From contig OX337242.1 of assembly GCA_946965045.2 (NCBI GenBank), forward strand, positions 496,001 through 560,000: a stretch of DNA of 64,000 nt, written 5' to 3'. How positions within the stretch are numbered: position 1 is the first letter of the stretch; the number at the start of each line of letters is the position of its first letter. The notes under the pieces were generated by a model. The model made no database searches, was not told the origin of the DNA, and was given only the letters and a program-made list of their open reading frames with translations. The DNA comes from Epithemia pelagica (lineage: Eukaryota; Protista; Bacillariophyta). Of the stretch, positions 45,240 through 57,087 are shown in pieces. The position numbers and the translations under genes were made by a program.

Positions 45240-47894
45240 CTACTTATCCGCAACACACTGGCTGTAATAGTCATCTCGGTACTCGCACCTAAGGCCAGGG
45301 CAACAATTGTTATTACCATGACAGTCGGCCCAACGTACAAGACAAGAGTATTGCGGAGGGCCATTGAAAAGCCATCCTTGCTTGTTGCTGCACTGGTTAC
45401 ATTCCGCCTCTGTCGTGCCACAATAGTTGATACAGGTTTTGTAATTATTGGAGCAACACGCATCAGGACTCGGAGTGCCTGGTTGTGTAGCCGGTACAGG
45501 TGCAGGTGTGGGTGAATGGGTAGGATGCAAAGTTGGTTTCTTCGTCGGAGAGTTTGTGGGAGCTGCTGTGGGTGACGTCGTGGGTTGCTCTGTCGGAGAG
45601 TGTGTGGGAGTTGATGTGGGTTGCTCTGTCGGAGAGCTTGTGGGAGCTGATGTGGGGGACTGCGTGGGTTCCTTCGTCGGAGAGTTTGTGGGTTGGTTTG
45701 TCGGAGAGTTTGTGGGTTGGTTTGTCGGAGAGTTTGTGGGTTGGTTTGTCGGAGAGTTTGAGGGTTGGTTTGTCGGAGCGTTTGTTGGAGCTGCTGTGGG
45801 TGACGTTGTGGGTTGGTTTGTCGGAGAGTTTGTGGGAATTGAAGTGGGTTGTTTCGTCGGAGCGTTCGTGGGATCTGATGTGGGGGACGTTGTGGGATCT
45901 GATGTCGGAGAGTATGTGGGAGCTGATGTGGGCGACTTTGTGATGGGTTGAGACAATCTGGGAGCTGTTTGTGACTTTGTGGGCTGCTTTGTTGGAGACA
46001 GTGTGGGAGCAGCCGTGGGCAAATTTGTCGGTGAGTTCGTGGGAGATGATGATGGAGAGTTTGTGGGTGGTTCTGTCGGAGAGTTTGTGGGAGCGTATGT
46101 GGGTGGTTCTGTCGGAGAGTTTGTTGGAGCTGATGTAGGCGACTCTGTTGGTTGATTTGTCGGAGAGTTTGTTGGAGCTGATGTGGGGGACTCTGTGGGT
46201 TGCTCTGTCGGAGAGTTTGTTGGAGCTGATGTAGGCGACTCTGAGGGTTGCTTTGTCGGAGAGTTTGTGGGAGCTGATGTGGGGGACTCTGTGGGTTGCT
46301 CTGTCGGAGAGTTTGTTGGAGCTGATGTAGGCGACTCTGTGGGTTGATTTGTCGGAGAGTTTGTTGGAGCTGATGTGGGGGACTCTGTGGGTTGCTTTGT
46401 CGGAGAGTTTGTAGGAGCTGATGTAGGCGACTCTGAGGGTTGCTTTGTCGGCGAGCTTGTGGGAGCTGATGTTGGGGACTCTGTTGGTTGCTTTGTCGGA
46501 GACTGTGTGGGAGCCGATGTGGGGGACTCTGTGGGAGCTGGCGCGGTACCACCAACCGTCACGACGACAAAGTCATCAATGGCAAAGCTGCGAGTGGCCG
46601 AGCTGAGCATCTCCGCATAGATAAATATGGAGGAGACTGTGTGGGTGGGAGTGGGTGGGGCGAAAGTGGCGTCAAAGGTCCTCCATTCATTAATGGAAAT
46701 ACCATCTTGTTCGTTTTCGGGTGTAGCAAGAATCGTATGGTAGTCGGGGGAATGCGAACCCGTGTAAATATACCGCAAAGTCAATTTCAACGATTCGTAC
46801 GACCTTGATCCAGAATCGAGCAACTTGGCCTTGACGGAGAAGTAGTAGTCTTTTTCATACTCGAAAGCAATATTGCCGAACGTTTCTTGTCCAATTCCCT
46901 GCCATGTCTCTTGGCGATTCTGGACTTTGGCAACGGTGCTCTGGAGGCCTGCATCGTACTCAAAAGTGACTGTGTTGGACCCCATATTCTCCCACTTAGG
47001 GCTTGTATTAGATTGCTCAAATTGCCAGTTGTTCAAGAGTGATCCGCTGTGATTGATGGGTGTGTCGACAGTCGGTGCGGAGGTGGTGGGTGCCGTTGGA
47101 GGGGCGACAGAAGGTGCGGAGGTGGGCGTTGAAGTGGTCGGAGACAAGGAAACGGAGCAAATCGTGTTTGTCGGCACTGGCCACTGCCCATTATAGCAAT
47201 CCAAATGAACATCATGGTCAGAAGAAGTTCCACCCGAGAAGGTAATGTCATACGATACCGGTTTGTTTTTGTCACCACTAAGATTGGCGTACCACGTTGC
47301 CCCTCCACCTTTTTGCAGGAAAAAGGTTTTATCGCCGACAGTAATCGAAGCACTCTTGACACTGGTACGACCTCCTGCTAGAAGGACTTTGGTATAGTAC
47401 GCATTGTTTCCGTCAAACATAGCAACTGAGACAGGAGATTCCTCGCAGTCCACCTCCGTCCATGAAATACCAAAAACTCCAGTGGAGATACCAGTGAGCT
47501 GGTGAAAGGCTGTGTCATAGCAATCAAAATGATCGACACCACCAGCTCCGGAATCAGTCACTTGGATGAGTGCCGTGCTACTCGTCATATCGGCAGGTAC
47601 AACATCATTCGACTTATACATGCTGTTGTCCCAGTTAAGGCGATAGCATTTGCCACATCCAAGTCCGCCGTCATACAGTTTTTCATCCACGGCGCAAAAC
47701 ATACCCTTCCGAACGTAAGTATCAAGCCACTCGCTGTCCGTACCCACAGGACCATTCGTATATTCACAGCTGGGTCCTTTGTACACCGGATTATCGGCTT
47801 TCATCCACCATGTCAGGTAGTCTTTCGAAGGCGGTGAGGTATTAGCAACGACAGAGACTATCAAAGAGAAGGTACAAATAGCCTGAAATATCAT
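45240..47894 (-). CDS. Secreted expansin-like protein: expansin D1/D2, CBM4_9-like module, long Pro/Thr/Ser stalk and two Cys-rich modules (last one CBM1-like), copy 2
   Basis: Signal peptide MIFQAICTFSLIVSVVA; GLGCGKCY, VTDS, HFD, ISWTEVDC; NNWQFE...RQETWQG; SPTxxPT repeats; terminal CCPGLRC...YYSQC. Confidence 0.82.
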   Translation of the reverse strand: MIFQAICTFSLIVSVVANTSPPSKDYLTWWMKADNPVYKGPSCEYTNGPVGTDSEWLDTYVRKGMFCAVDEKLYDGGLGCGKCYRLNWDNSMYKSNDVVPADMTSSTALIQVTDSGAGGVDHFDCYDTAFHQLTGISTGVFGISWTEVDCEESPVSVAMFDGNNAYYTKVLLAGGRTSVKSASITVGDKTFFLQKGGGATWYANLSGDKNKPVSYDITFSGGTSSDHDVHLDCYNGQWPVPTNTICSVSLSPTTSTPTSAPSVAPPTAPTTSAPTVDTPINHSGSLLNNWQFEQSNTSPKWENMGSNTVTFEYDAGLQSTVAKVQNRQETWQGIGQETFGNIAFEYEKDYYFSVKAKLLDSGSRSYESLKLTLRYIYTGSHSPDYHTILATPENEQDGISINEWRTFDATFAPPTPTHTVSSIFIYAEMLSSATRSFAIDDFVVVTVGGTAPAPTESPTSAPTQSPTKQPTESPTSAPTSSPTKQPSESPTSAPTNSPTKQPTESPTSAPTNSPTNQPTESPTSAPTNSPTEQPTESPTSAPTNSPTKQPSESPTSAPTNSPTEQPTESPTSAPTNSPTNQPTESPTSAPTNSPTEPPTYAPTNSPTEPPTNSPSSSPTNSPTNLPTAAPTLSPTKQPTKSQTAPRLSQPITKSPTSAPTYSPTSDPTTSPTSDPTNAPTKQPTSIPTNSPTNQPTTSPTAAPTNAPTNQPSNSPTNQPTNSPTNQPTNSPTNQPTNSPTKEPTQSPTSAPTSSPTEQPTSTPTHSPTEQPTTSPTAAPTNSPTKKPTLHPTHSPTPAPVPATQPGTPSPDACCSNNYKTCINYCGTTEAECNQCSNKQGWLFNGPPQYSCLVRWADCHGNNNCCPGLRCEYRDDYYSQCVADK

Positions 47895-49601
47895 CTTCGG
47901 GAGGTACGACAAACAGTTGAATGTTACTTTCGATTTTTGAGTGAGACCGTTTTATGAGAGCAGACCACACTCGAGTTTCTTTTGTGTTTTTTTCAAATAT
48001 TCGCGACGACAAGAGGGGTTAAACGGAGGTGATACTCCTACTACGGTTCTTGCGATATAAGTCTTCATTCCACCAAAATAATTGCCTTGTATGAAGGCTT
48101 TTATTTTATGTGGGTTTGGAGTTTTAAGGGCATATATAAATGATTATGCTCAATCTTACAACCCACGATCTTGGTGGGCCTTTATACTCTACTATGAGAG
48201 AATATTCTGTACTCTGGCGCGGTAGGGTGAGAATAAACTACTAAGCCCTAAAGGCCCAACTGGCCTAAGAAAGCTTTCTTCGAGAATTTCGATCGATGCG
48301 CAAGATGCCGGGATTGATGCCGGCCAAAGGCTTATCAACTCCATGAATGTTGCGAGACTCCACATATTATCTACGATTGTATGTACGAGTATCTACCTAA
48401 TCGAAACAACCAATAGTGCCCATGGGCACGACTCCGCTTTGTTGTTCTATTACGCAAGATCGCAGACCAAGACGATCCCCTTGGAGATACAAGATCCAAA
48501 CATGCCCAATCTTCTTCCAACAAGAGACTGTCTCACCTCGTGATCATCCTAGGCAGAGGAGCAATCGAGTCTTTCGTCACCCAGCAACCTCAAGACTTGC
48601 AAAACATAACTCGTACAGGAGAAGTAATGAGTGCAAGAAGAACCAAGAAGTGAAGCAGCGGCGGTCGTTCCCGATTCTTGTCCCATGGCTCGGTCGCTGC
48701 GTTCCAACGATAAAACCTTGACCAGACTGTACCAACCCCCTCTTGCCTGGTCGTGAGTTCTGCTTATGAAAAGGGCGTGCGCTCGAATGAGTGGAGACCC
48801 ACGACGATAAAGACCGTGAGGCATCAAGATCACTTTTTTGTGTTCCCCTCAGTCGTTCAATAATATGGCTGAGATTTTGTTGTTCCGGTCATGGGCAATG
48901 TCTTGCGTAAATGGGTCAGTAGAGTGTTGCGAACGGCGTGGTCGCAGCCTTGTGATAACAATCATCCTGCTTCAAAGCGGAAGCATGACTGTAACAGGAT
49001 GAGGCTTTGTTGCTCCGGAGAACTTATGGGACCGAGAACGACTTCACACCCTATGAAGCGATCTATAATCTCTATGAGGGCACACAAGCATTGGATCTTG
49101 GCCTTTGACACACTGGTCTTTTCTTTTTCCGTGTCCCAACGATGTTTGCATGGAGGATGAATGTTTATTTTCTCCAATGACTGTTTACAAAAGTGTTGAG
49201 TCTCTTCACTGGTCGGATGGTATTACTTGTTGGACGATCCTTCTTGGTCGCCTTGGACATTTACCTACTGTGGCCTTATCGTTTGTCGTCGATCCATCTT
49301 TTGCGGCCAAAGTAAAACACAACAACCAAGAAGTAACAACAAGCATCGATTCCGTGTCGCTTCCATAGTTGGAGCTCAATGCACCTAACTTGCCTTGGAT
49401 CCTACTCCTCCAACAACAGGTACATTTCCTTGCGGGAAGCTACCCCCTCCCTCTCGAAAGGTTAAGAGGTCGCAGATATCTTTGAGGTCGCAGAAAATTG
49501 AGTGTCAGCGGTCGCCGATAGAAGCCACACCCAAAGGATGGTGTACTGTTTTCATTATAGAATCTGGCCTGACACATTAGATTCATCTCACAGCCACTCG
49601 T

Positions 49602-50749
49602 ATTCGCCATTAGAGGTCCGCAGAAACAAGGACAGCAGACAGACTAAACCTTAACTCTACTGTGTGAAGTCTACCGCCCGTCTCACCTGCCACGCGTCTA
49701 AGTAATCCTTCCATTGGAAGGGCCGGCGTCAAAATGACAGTTGGTGGTTGGCGTCACGATTCAAATTTCGGATGCTCTCATCTCGTCACAAAAAATCTTG
49801 ACATCGAACCATGAAACATGAACCATGAAGCGAACGAATCGAAGCGACCTGATGCAGCCTTCTGGCGGGTTTCTTTCTAACACGCTGTTTGTTAGAAGTA
49901 GCTTGCGTCCTTCCCATATAGGATAAATATGATCACTTGTTATCCATTTAATCCCTCCCATTGTCCCTGTTGATGGTTGGTCTTTCGACTTTGTCTCGCT
50001 CAAGTAAAGGACAGTGGTAATCCGTCACAACTCTTTTTTGCTATATTTTTAGAGATGGTTGATTGCTTGTTGGCCACTTTCTTCTCTTCTGTAGCACTCT
50101 CTTCATTTTGTTAGTCTCATTCATTGTCCCTGTCGACGACTGAATGCCTACTTGGTTGTGTCGGATACACAAACACCGTACAAATAAGCCATCCGTCATC
50201 TTGCCATTACTCCAACTATTCAATATTATCAAGATCAGTCTAGTCCAAGTCTCTATGGATGACAGAGTCGACAGGATTTGCTCAGAGCCATGGTTTGGGT
50301 GTATTTTCGAGGGTGTTGCTGAAGGTCATGGTTGTTGAATGGGGACATAAGCTGCAACGAAGCAAGAAATGCTCTGGAAGATTAAAAGGTCCACTATTAT
50401 CCTACATGGGAAAGAAACAAGCTAGTCCTAACAAGCGGCATGCTGGAAAGAAACTCGAAAGAATACTGCTTCAGGTGTCAGGTGTCAGGTCGCGACGATT
50501 CGTTCGCTTCATGTTTCAATGTTCGATGTCAAGATTTTTTGTGACAAGATACGAGATGAGAGATGAGAGCATCCCAAATTTCAAATTTGAATCGTGACGC
50601 CAACCACCAACTGTCATTTCGACGCCGGCCCTTCCAATGGAAGGATTACTTAGAAGCGTGGCAGGTGAGACGGGCAGTAGACTTCACACAGTAGAGTTAA
50701 GGTTTAGTCTGTCTGCTGTCCTTGTTTCTGCGGACCTCTAATGGCGAAT
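49602..50749. mobile_element. Non-autonomous foldback element (1,148 bp) with imperfect TIRs of about 250 bp
   Basis: ATTCGCCATTAGAGGTCCGCAGAAACAAGG... is mirrored at the right end. Absent at the paralogous site (40494-40503). Confidence 0.9.
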
Positions 50750-51210
50750 GTATGTGACATCTGAACGGTTGCCCTTCAACGATCGCACGCGATACTATAG
50801 AGCAGGCAGTAATAAGGATTGTCTATGTAATCTGTCCAGACTTATACGAGTAAACTGTTGTGGTTTCTGATTCGAAGTCGGGCGTTTGATAGACTGTAAA
50901 GGAAAAAGTACGATTTTTATTCTGACGTGTGCAACATTCCATAGCAATACGTTGAGCGCCAGCCGAGTATGTCCTGATGCCGTTGAAGAATAGAGTAGCA
51001 ATAACCCACGACTTTTTCGTCGGAAGAAAGGCACTCTTTGGTCTATTGTAGTACAGAACGGATAATACTACGAAAAGATCCGGGCCTGGAACTTGTGCGG
51101 CAGATGTTAGCTGTTTTTGGTCGTTCAAAAAATTTTCCGCCAATCAAGGACAAATTGGGGGATACACACGACGACGGCGCACGAACTCCACTCTTCCGTT
51201 CCCTTCTGTC

Positions 51211-52129
51211 TAGAGCTGGGTCTAGCGTCAAGCGCTCAAGCGCTCAAGCGCTTGAGAAGTCAAGCGCTTGAGGACCTCCAGCACAGAAAGGGTGTTGCTT
51301 GAGAGCTCAAGCGCTCAAGCACCTAGACTAGAGGAAAGTGCCAAAACACAGCAATTCGTCTGCCCCTAACAGCCTTTCTACAATGCCTGAGACATCCAGT
51401 GATGATCAAAATGAGTCATCATACCATCCAGATGATGAAAACTATGAGCAAGTGGCTGAAGAGGGCCCAACAGATGACAATGATGATAGTGAGAAGAATA
51501 AATTGTCATCCATGGAAAAAGAATACGTAAGGCCTCCTACTATTGCCATTCACAAAGGCAAGGAAATAGGTGTTACAAAGATACCTCAAGATGCTGCTGA
51601 TGGAGTTTGCGTCCCATTATTGGACAGGAAAAATGTTCATTGGCATTTGTACCATGTTGGAGTGAGAAAAAATGGACGAAGTCTCTGACAAGCCTACTAC
51701 ACAACCTCCGCTAGCTAGACTCCAACAATTGAAAAGAGGAATGACTCATCATTAGACAAGCATCTCTCCACAACTTCCCACTACGAGCTCTTGGTCTGTG
51801 CCCAGCAACGAACTAAGCTCACGCAATCAGAAGGCATTATTCTTGCAAGAAGAAGCTACACCACGAGATCGCACAAAGACAACGGAATGAAAAGTATCTT
51901 TTAGGAGTAACTTCGAAATAGATTTTCCATCACCTATCATGTACACAATAGATAGTATGACAAGTTACCATTTCACTAGAGATGCTATGATGAGTCTATT
52001 GCCATAGTTTCCCGTGTTAGCCCTGTTCGCTGCCGCTTGAGCGCTTGAGCGCTTGAATTTGGTCCTAGCTCAAGCGCTCAAGCGCTTGAGTTCTCCAGCA
52101 GAAAAAAGCTGTTGCTTGACACAGCTCTA
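51211..52129 (+). mobile_element. Non-autonomous hAT-type element (919 bp) with a short internal ORF remnant (51338-51688)
   Basis: TIR TAGAGCTG(G/T)GTC; 8-bp TSD CTTCTGTC/ATTCTGTC (7/8 match); many TCAAGCGCT subterminal motifs. Empty site at 40925-40932. Confidence 0.85.
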
Positions 52130-52139
52130 ATTCTGTCCC

Positions 52140-54067
52140 CTGAGGGGGGAATAGCGAAATGACAGACTTTCATGACAGACTTTCGGATAAACTTTCAAAA
52201 TGTTGACTGTTATACGGACAGACTATCCGGTTGCACTCCATGTCACTGTTGCTCTTCCACATGCACTCTTCATTTAAATAAAATGGCATTTTACTTAAAA
52301 TGACATTTTACTTTAGCCCTTCTTGTCTCGTCAGTGCCACTTCAAATTCATGACGAGGATACCCCGTTTAACCCTAACTCTAAAAACGAATGTTTACCCG
52401 AATGTCTGTCATTTCGCTATTCAGGCCTGAAAAAGTGAAATGACAGACTTTCGGGGTAGACATTCGGAGTTTCAGGTAGCTTTTTGACAGACATTCGGAG
52501 TTTCAGGTAGCTTTTTGACAGACATTCGGGAAAACTTTTTATTTTAGTAGTATCTTATATTTACAGATCGTATATTTACAATACAAAAAAAATGTTCCCA
52601 ACCAACATCATATCTACACATGATAGAGAGAATTGATTTCCCGTAATCAGACTGCTCGTTTGGACCCAACAATGATGGAACCAACCACGCCAAGGAAGCA
52701 GCAAACAATCACCTACCAACTACTCGCTGCCAACGAACAACGAACAATGACAACATTCGGCAACAACAACAAAAACAACCCGCACGCAACAATCAACTAC
52801 TCGTTGTCACCGAACCCAGTGCACGAGACTGTGCCCGTCAATGACAACAAGAAGCAACAACGACATGCGGCGACTGCAGCAACGACATGCGACAAGACAG
52901 CAAGCGTCGACAACGACAGCGACAACAACAACATGCGGCTACAACCACAAGAACAACATACTCAACAATCAACTCCTCGTTTCTGCCCAACGGCAAAACA
53001 ATCGGCGACGACGGCATGGCAACAGCACCATTCGGCTGCTTCCGATAACACAGTTCGAGTGGAAGAAGGAGTGGACGCCGTAAACGAGAGCACCTTATCG
53101 AATCTTGACACTCTTACTGGATGGTGAAACAACAATAAACAAAGACAAAGACAAATGGATCGATGCAGGCAAAAGACAGGATGGTGAACGAGGATGGATG
53201 GACGAAACGATTGCCTACGAGTATGACACATACAAGTATGTACAAAGCTAACTAGTACATGCTCTCACTCAATTAGTCATGTTCATACAAGTAGAGGAGG
53301 CGGGTTGATTGCTGTTGTGTTAGAGCCTCCTCGCCATGGTGTGTGTGAGGATAGTTTGCATATCTTGAGATTGAGCATCTCATTGATCGGTCGGTCCATG
53401 TGAGGGATGAGGGGCAATTCATCTTAGTTTTTTACTTCGGGAAAATGTATAGAGTGAATCTCGTTGGGCCGAAATTCCCTCTAAAGTTGAAAGTTTATCC
53501 GAAAGTCTGTCATGAAAGTCTGTCATGAAAGTCTGTCATTTCACTCCCCTCCGCGTGGGGCTCTTTGCAAACCTCGAAACTCGAAACTCGATTTCAGAAT
53601 CTTGGCAAGGTCGTTGGGGGATTGCCAAGATTTGGGGGATTCGAGGTTGTGTTTTCGAGTTTTCAAGGGGACCATAACCTATTGGCTCAACCTCGAAACT
53701 CGAAACTCGATTTCAGAACTCAAAAACACATTCCCTGGACACAGGCCCTCAGGGGAGGGGAGTGAAATGACAGACTTTCATGACAGACTTTCATGACAGA
53801 CTTTCGGATAAACTTTCAACTTTAGAGGGAATTTCGGCCCAACGAGATTCACTCTATACATTTTCCCGAAGTAAAAAACTAAGATGAATTGCCCCTCATC
53901 CCTCACATGGACCGACCGATCAATGAGATGCTCAATCTCAAGATATGCAAACTATCCTCACACACACCATGGCGAGGAGGCTGAAAGTCTGTCATTTCGC
54001 TATTCCCCTCGAAAACACATTCCCTGGACACAGGGCCTGATTCGACTGGCGCATCTTGTTGGTTTCT
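52140..54067. mobile_element. Composite insertion built from repeated element ends (AAATGACAGACTTTC motif), including a 229-bp perfect inverted repeat
   Basis: The motif occurs in both orientations near 52157, 52405, 52440, 53505-53545, 53765-53805 and 53985. The whole block is absent from copy 1 (40933-40935). Confidence 0.75.
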
Positions 54068-54232
54068 CGTCCAAAAAGATTTGGCTCATAAAATTTGCGG
54101 TCATCTTTCACACAAGCTACGCACCCAAACAACAAAGTGAGTATCAAAAAGTTGTGTGCCAACCAACCACAACCTTGGATGTCAAATGGTTTGAGACAAG
54201 CAGTCTAACACTTTGCTATCGTTTCACAGAAG

Positions 54233-56741
54233 ATGAATCGTCTATTGACGCTTCTTCTCACCGCTGGCCTAGTGGCTGGCAGCATGGCCGAGTTCGATTA
54301 TTCTCGTGATCTTGGAAAGAAAGACGATATCTATTATGGAAAGAAAGACTACGACAAGAAGAAGAAAAACTCTTGTCCTTCCCCTGCGCATCCTTTCACA
54401 GGACCCTGGGCCAAGAACTACGACGGAGGAAAGAAGGGTGGATACGTATTTAACCGCATCGTCACCCACCCAGTCTGCAAAGCCGAACAGGTCACGTGTG
54501 ACATTGACGATGAAATCTCAGCGGAGATCATTGATGTGACCCCCGACGGAAAAACCATTGTCTTTACGAACAGCCCTGGTGATAGCATTGGCTTGGTTGA
54601 CATTTCCGATCCGTACCATCCTGTCTCGAAACCTTTGGTTGATGTGGGAGGTGAACCAACGTCTGCTCGTATTCTGGGCAATCGATGGGTACTTGTTGGC
54701 GTTAACACTTCTCCCGACTTTGTAAATCCTAGCGGGGAATTGCTCGTTATGGACTTGAAAGACGATCTCGCCGTGTATATGACATTTGATCTTGGTATGT
54801 AAAGGTTGAATGTCACAAATATCATCGTGAATGAAGCTCTTTCTCATCAACTACTTGTGCCTTTTGTTTGCAGGTGGACAACCTGATGCTGTTGCCGTTT
54901 CTCCCGACGGAAAGTACGTCGCCATCGCCATTGAAAACGAGCGTGATGAAGACCTCGAGGATGGCGGCTTGGATGGCGGCTTGCCTCAGCTGCCCGCTGG
55001 CTTTCTCGTCATCATTGACTCCTACAAGGCCGATCCAAATGACTGGACAATGCACGTGGTTGATTTGACAGGATTGGATGGACTTGATGCTCCTCAGGAC
55101 CCTGAACCCGAATATGTTGATTTTAACCATCTGAATGAGGTTGTCGTCAGTCTTCAAGAAAACAACGCCATTGTGATTGTTGACGCAGAAACCAAAACTG
55201 TCAAGACCTCGTTCTCAGCCGGTTATATCGATTTGGAACATATTGATACTGAAGAAGAGGGCATTATTTCTTTTGAGACAGACCAATTCGGTCGGGTGCG
55301 AGAACCCGACGCTGTTGCGTGGGTCGACAATTATTACTTCTTTACCGCCGATGAGGGTGATTGGAAAGGCGGCAGCCGTTCCGTGACACTGTTCGACAAG
55401 AACGGAAATGTTATTAGCGATACTGGTTCGTCCTTGGATTACATTGTTGCGGCTCATGGTCACTATCCAGATGAACGTTCTGGAAACAAGGGCAATGAAC
55501 CAGAAACGGTTTATGTTGATACCTTCCATGGTACAAAGTATTTGTTCACTGTCTCGGAGCGAAGTAATCTTTTGATTATTTCGGAACTTGACAAATACAA
55601 TATGCCTTGGTTCACTCAAGCGATCCCTGCAGGTGTCAGACCAGAGGGAATTGTCGCCATTCCCCATCGCGATTTGCTTGTAGTTGCAAGCGAGGTTGAT
55701 GATAGGGGTGATAAGATCCGTGCTTCGTTGACCATCTACAAATACACCGATGACGAGCCGACGTATCCCATGATCCTTTCTGCTGCTAACAGTAGCAAGC
55801 CTTCCGTTCCGATCCCATATGGTGCTCTCTCAGGCCTTGCTGTTGATCCACACTGCCCCTCGCTTCTCTATTCCATTGAAGATAGCTTCTACAGCTCCAA
55901 TCGGTTTTTCAAGATTGATGCATCCCAAAAACCTGCCGTTTTGTTTGAAGGGACAAGACTCATGGATACGCAAGGCAAATTGGCCGCTTACGCCAATCGT
56001 TGTGGCTGTTTCACAGATAATCCAGTGAACCCCGATATGACGGTGAATATTGACCCCGAAGGCATTGACGTGTTCGACGATGGTACCATTTTGATCGTGT
56101 CCGAAGGAGATACAAGGGAAGATCGACTCAAGCCAAACTACGTTTTGGGTGTCCATCCATCTGGTGTAATTGTTGATATTTGGGAGCTTCCGGAGGAGTG
56201 GTTGAATAAGCAAAAGCGTTGGGGCTTCGAAGGAGTAGCAATCGATCCCAACCAAGAAATGGTGGTTGTTGCCGGCCAAGTACCTTGGGGCGAAGGCAGC
56301 GGAGCAAGTCCCAGCACCGGTGATGATGAAGGTCCTGCTCTTCATATTTTCATTAACGGGAAGCACGCTGGCTACGTTTTCTACCCGCTTGATGAGCCAG
56401 AATCTCAGAATGGTGGTTGGGTTGGTATTGGAGATCTGTCCGCTCTTGGTAACAAGAAATTCGCTGTCCTGGAACGCGACAACCAGGGAGGACTTGATGC
56501 TGCAATCAAGAGGGTCTACACGATCGACCTCAATGGCTGGTACGACGGCAAGGTGGTGGAGAAGACGCGTTGGGCGGATATCATCGATGAACTGGCAGAT
56601 TCTACAAATGGCCCGGTTCCCGAAAAGGTTGAAGGGCTTGCTTGCTTGAATGGCGGTGAGGTTTGCTGGGTGAATACCGATAATGACGGAGTCGATGATG
56701 CCAATGGGGAAAACCTTCTTCTTCCTGTCTACCCACACTAA
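54233..56741 (+). CDS. Secreted choice-of-anchor-I/phytase-like protein, copy 2; intron 54795-54873
   Basis: Near-identical to copy 1, with a 22-aa shorter Lys/Asp tract and a few substitutions (e.g. GVGPEG to GVRPEG). Confidence 0.8.
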
Positions 56742-57087
56742 TTTGATTTCGTGCCTATGGTGACGGCATTCTTTTCATGTGAGGAAAAAAGCTGGGGATC
56801 TATGTATCTATTATCCCCTGTATAAAGCAAAGATAAGTGAATTTGTTTCAAGGAGTACGACTTTAGGTTGACTTGGTTTGGGACTGGTAACACCTCCATG
56901 CAGAAGCTCGTGTGTCCCCACCCCTTTTCAGGTACAGAGAATACAACAGATATATAGATCTCGAGGAATGTCTCTAGTTATTAGATGTGTAAAACGGAAT
57001 TGGCCGGAATCAATGCAAGGGAACTATGTCATCCAATCTTGAGTTCTCCACCTCGAGTCGAGTATCATCACATCTGATCATAAGTAT

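Noticed and set aside
52633-53127. 164-aa Asn/Gln/Thr-rich ORF inside the composite insertion
   Set aside because: It derives from CAA/CGA-type low-complexity sequence and has a non-ATG start; no domain is evident.
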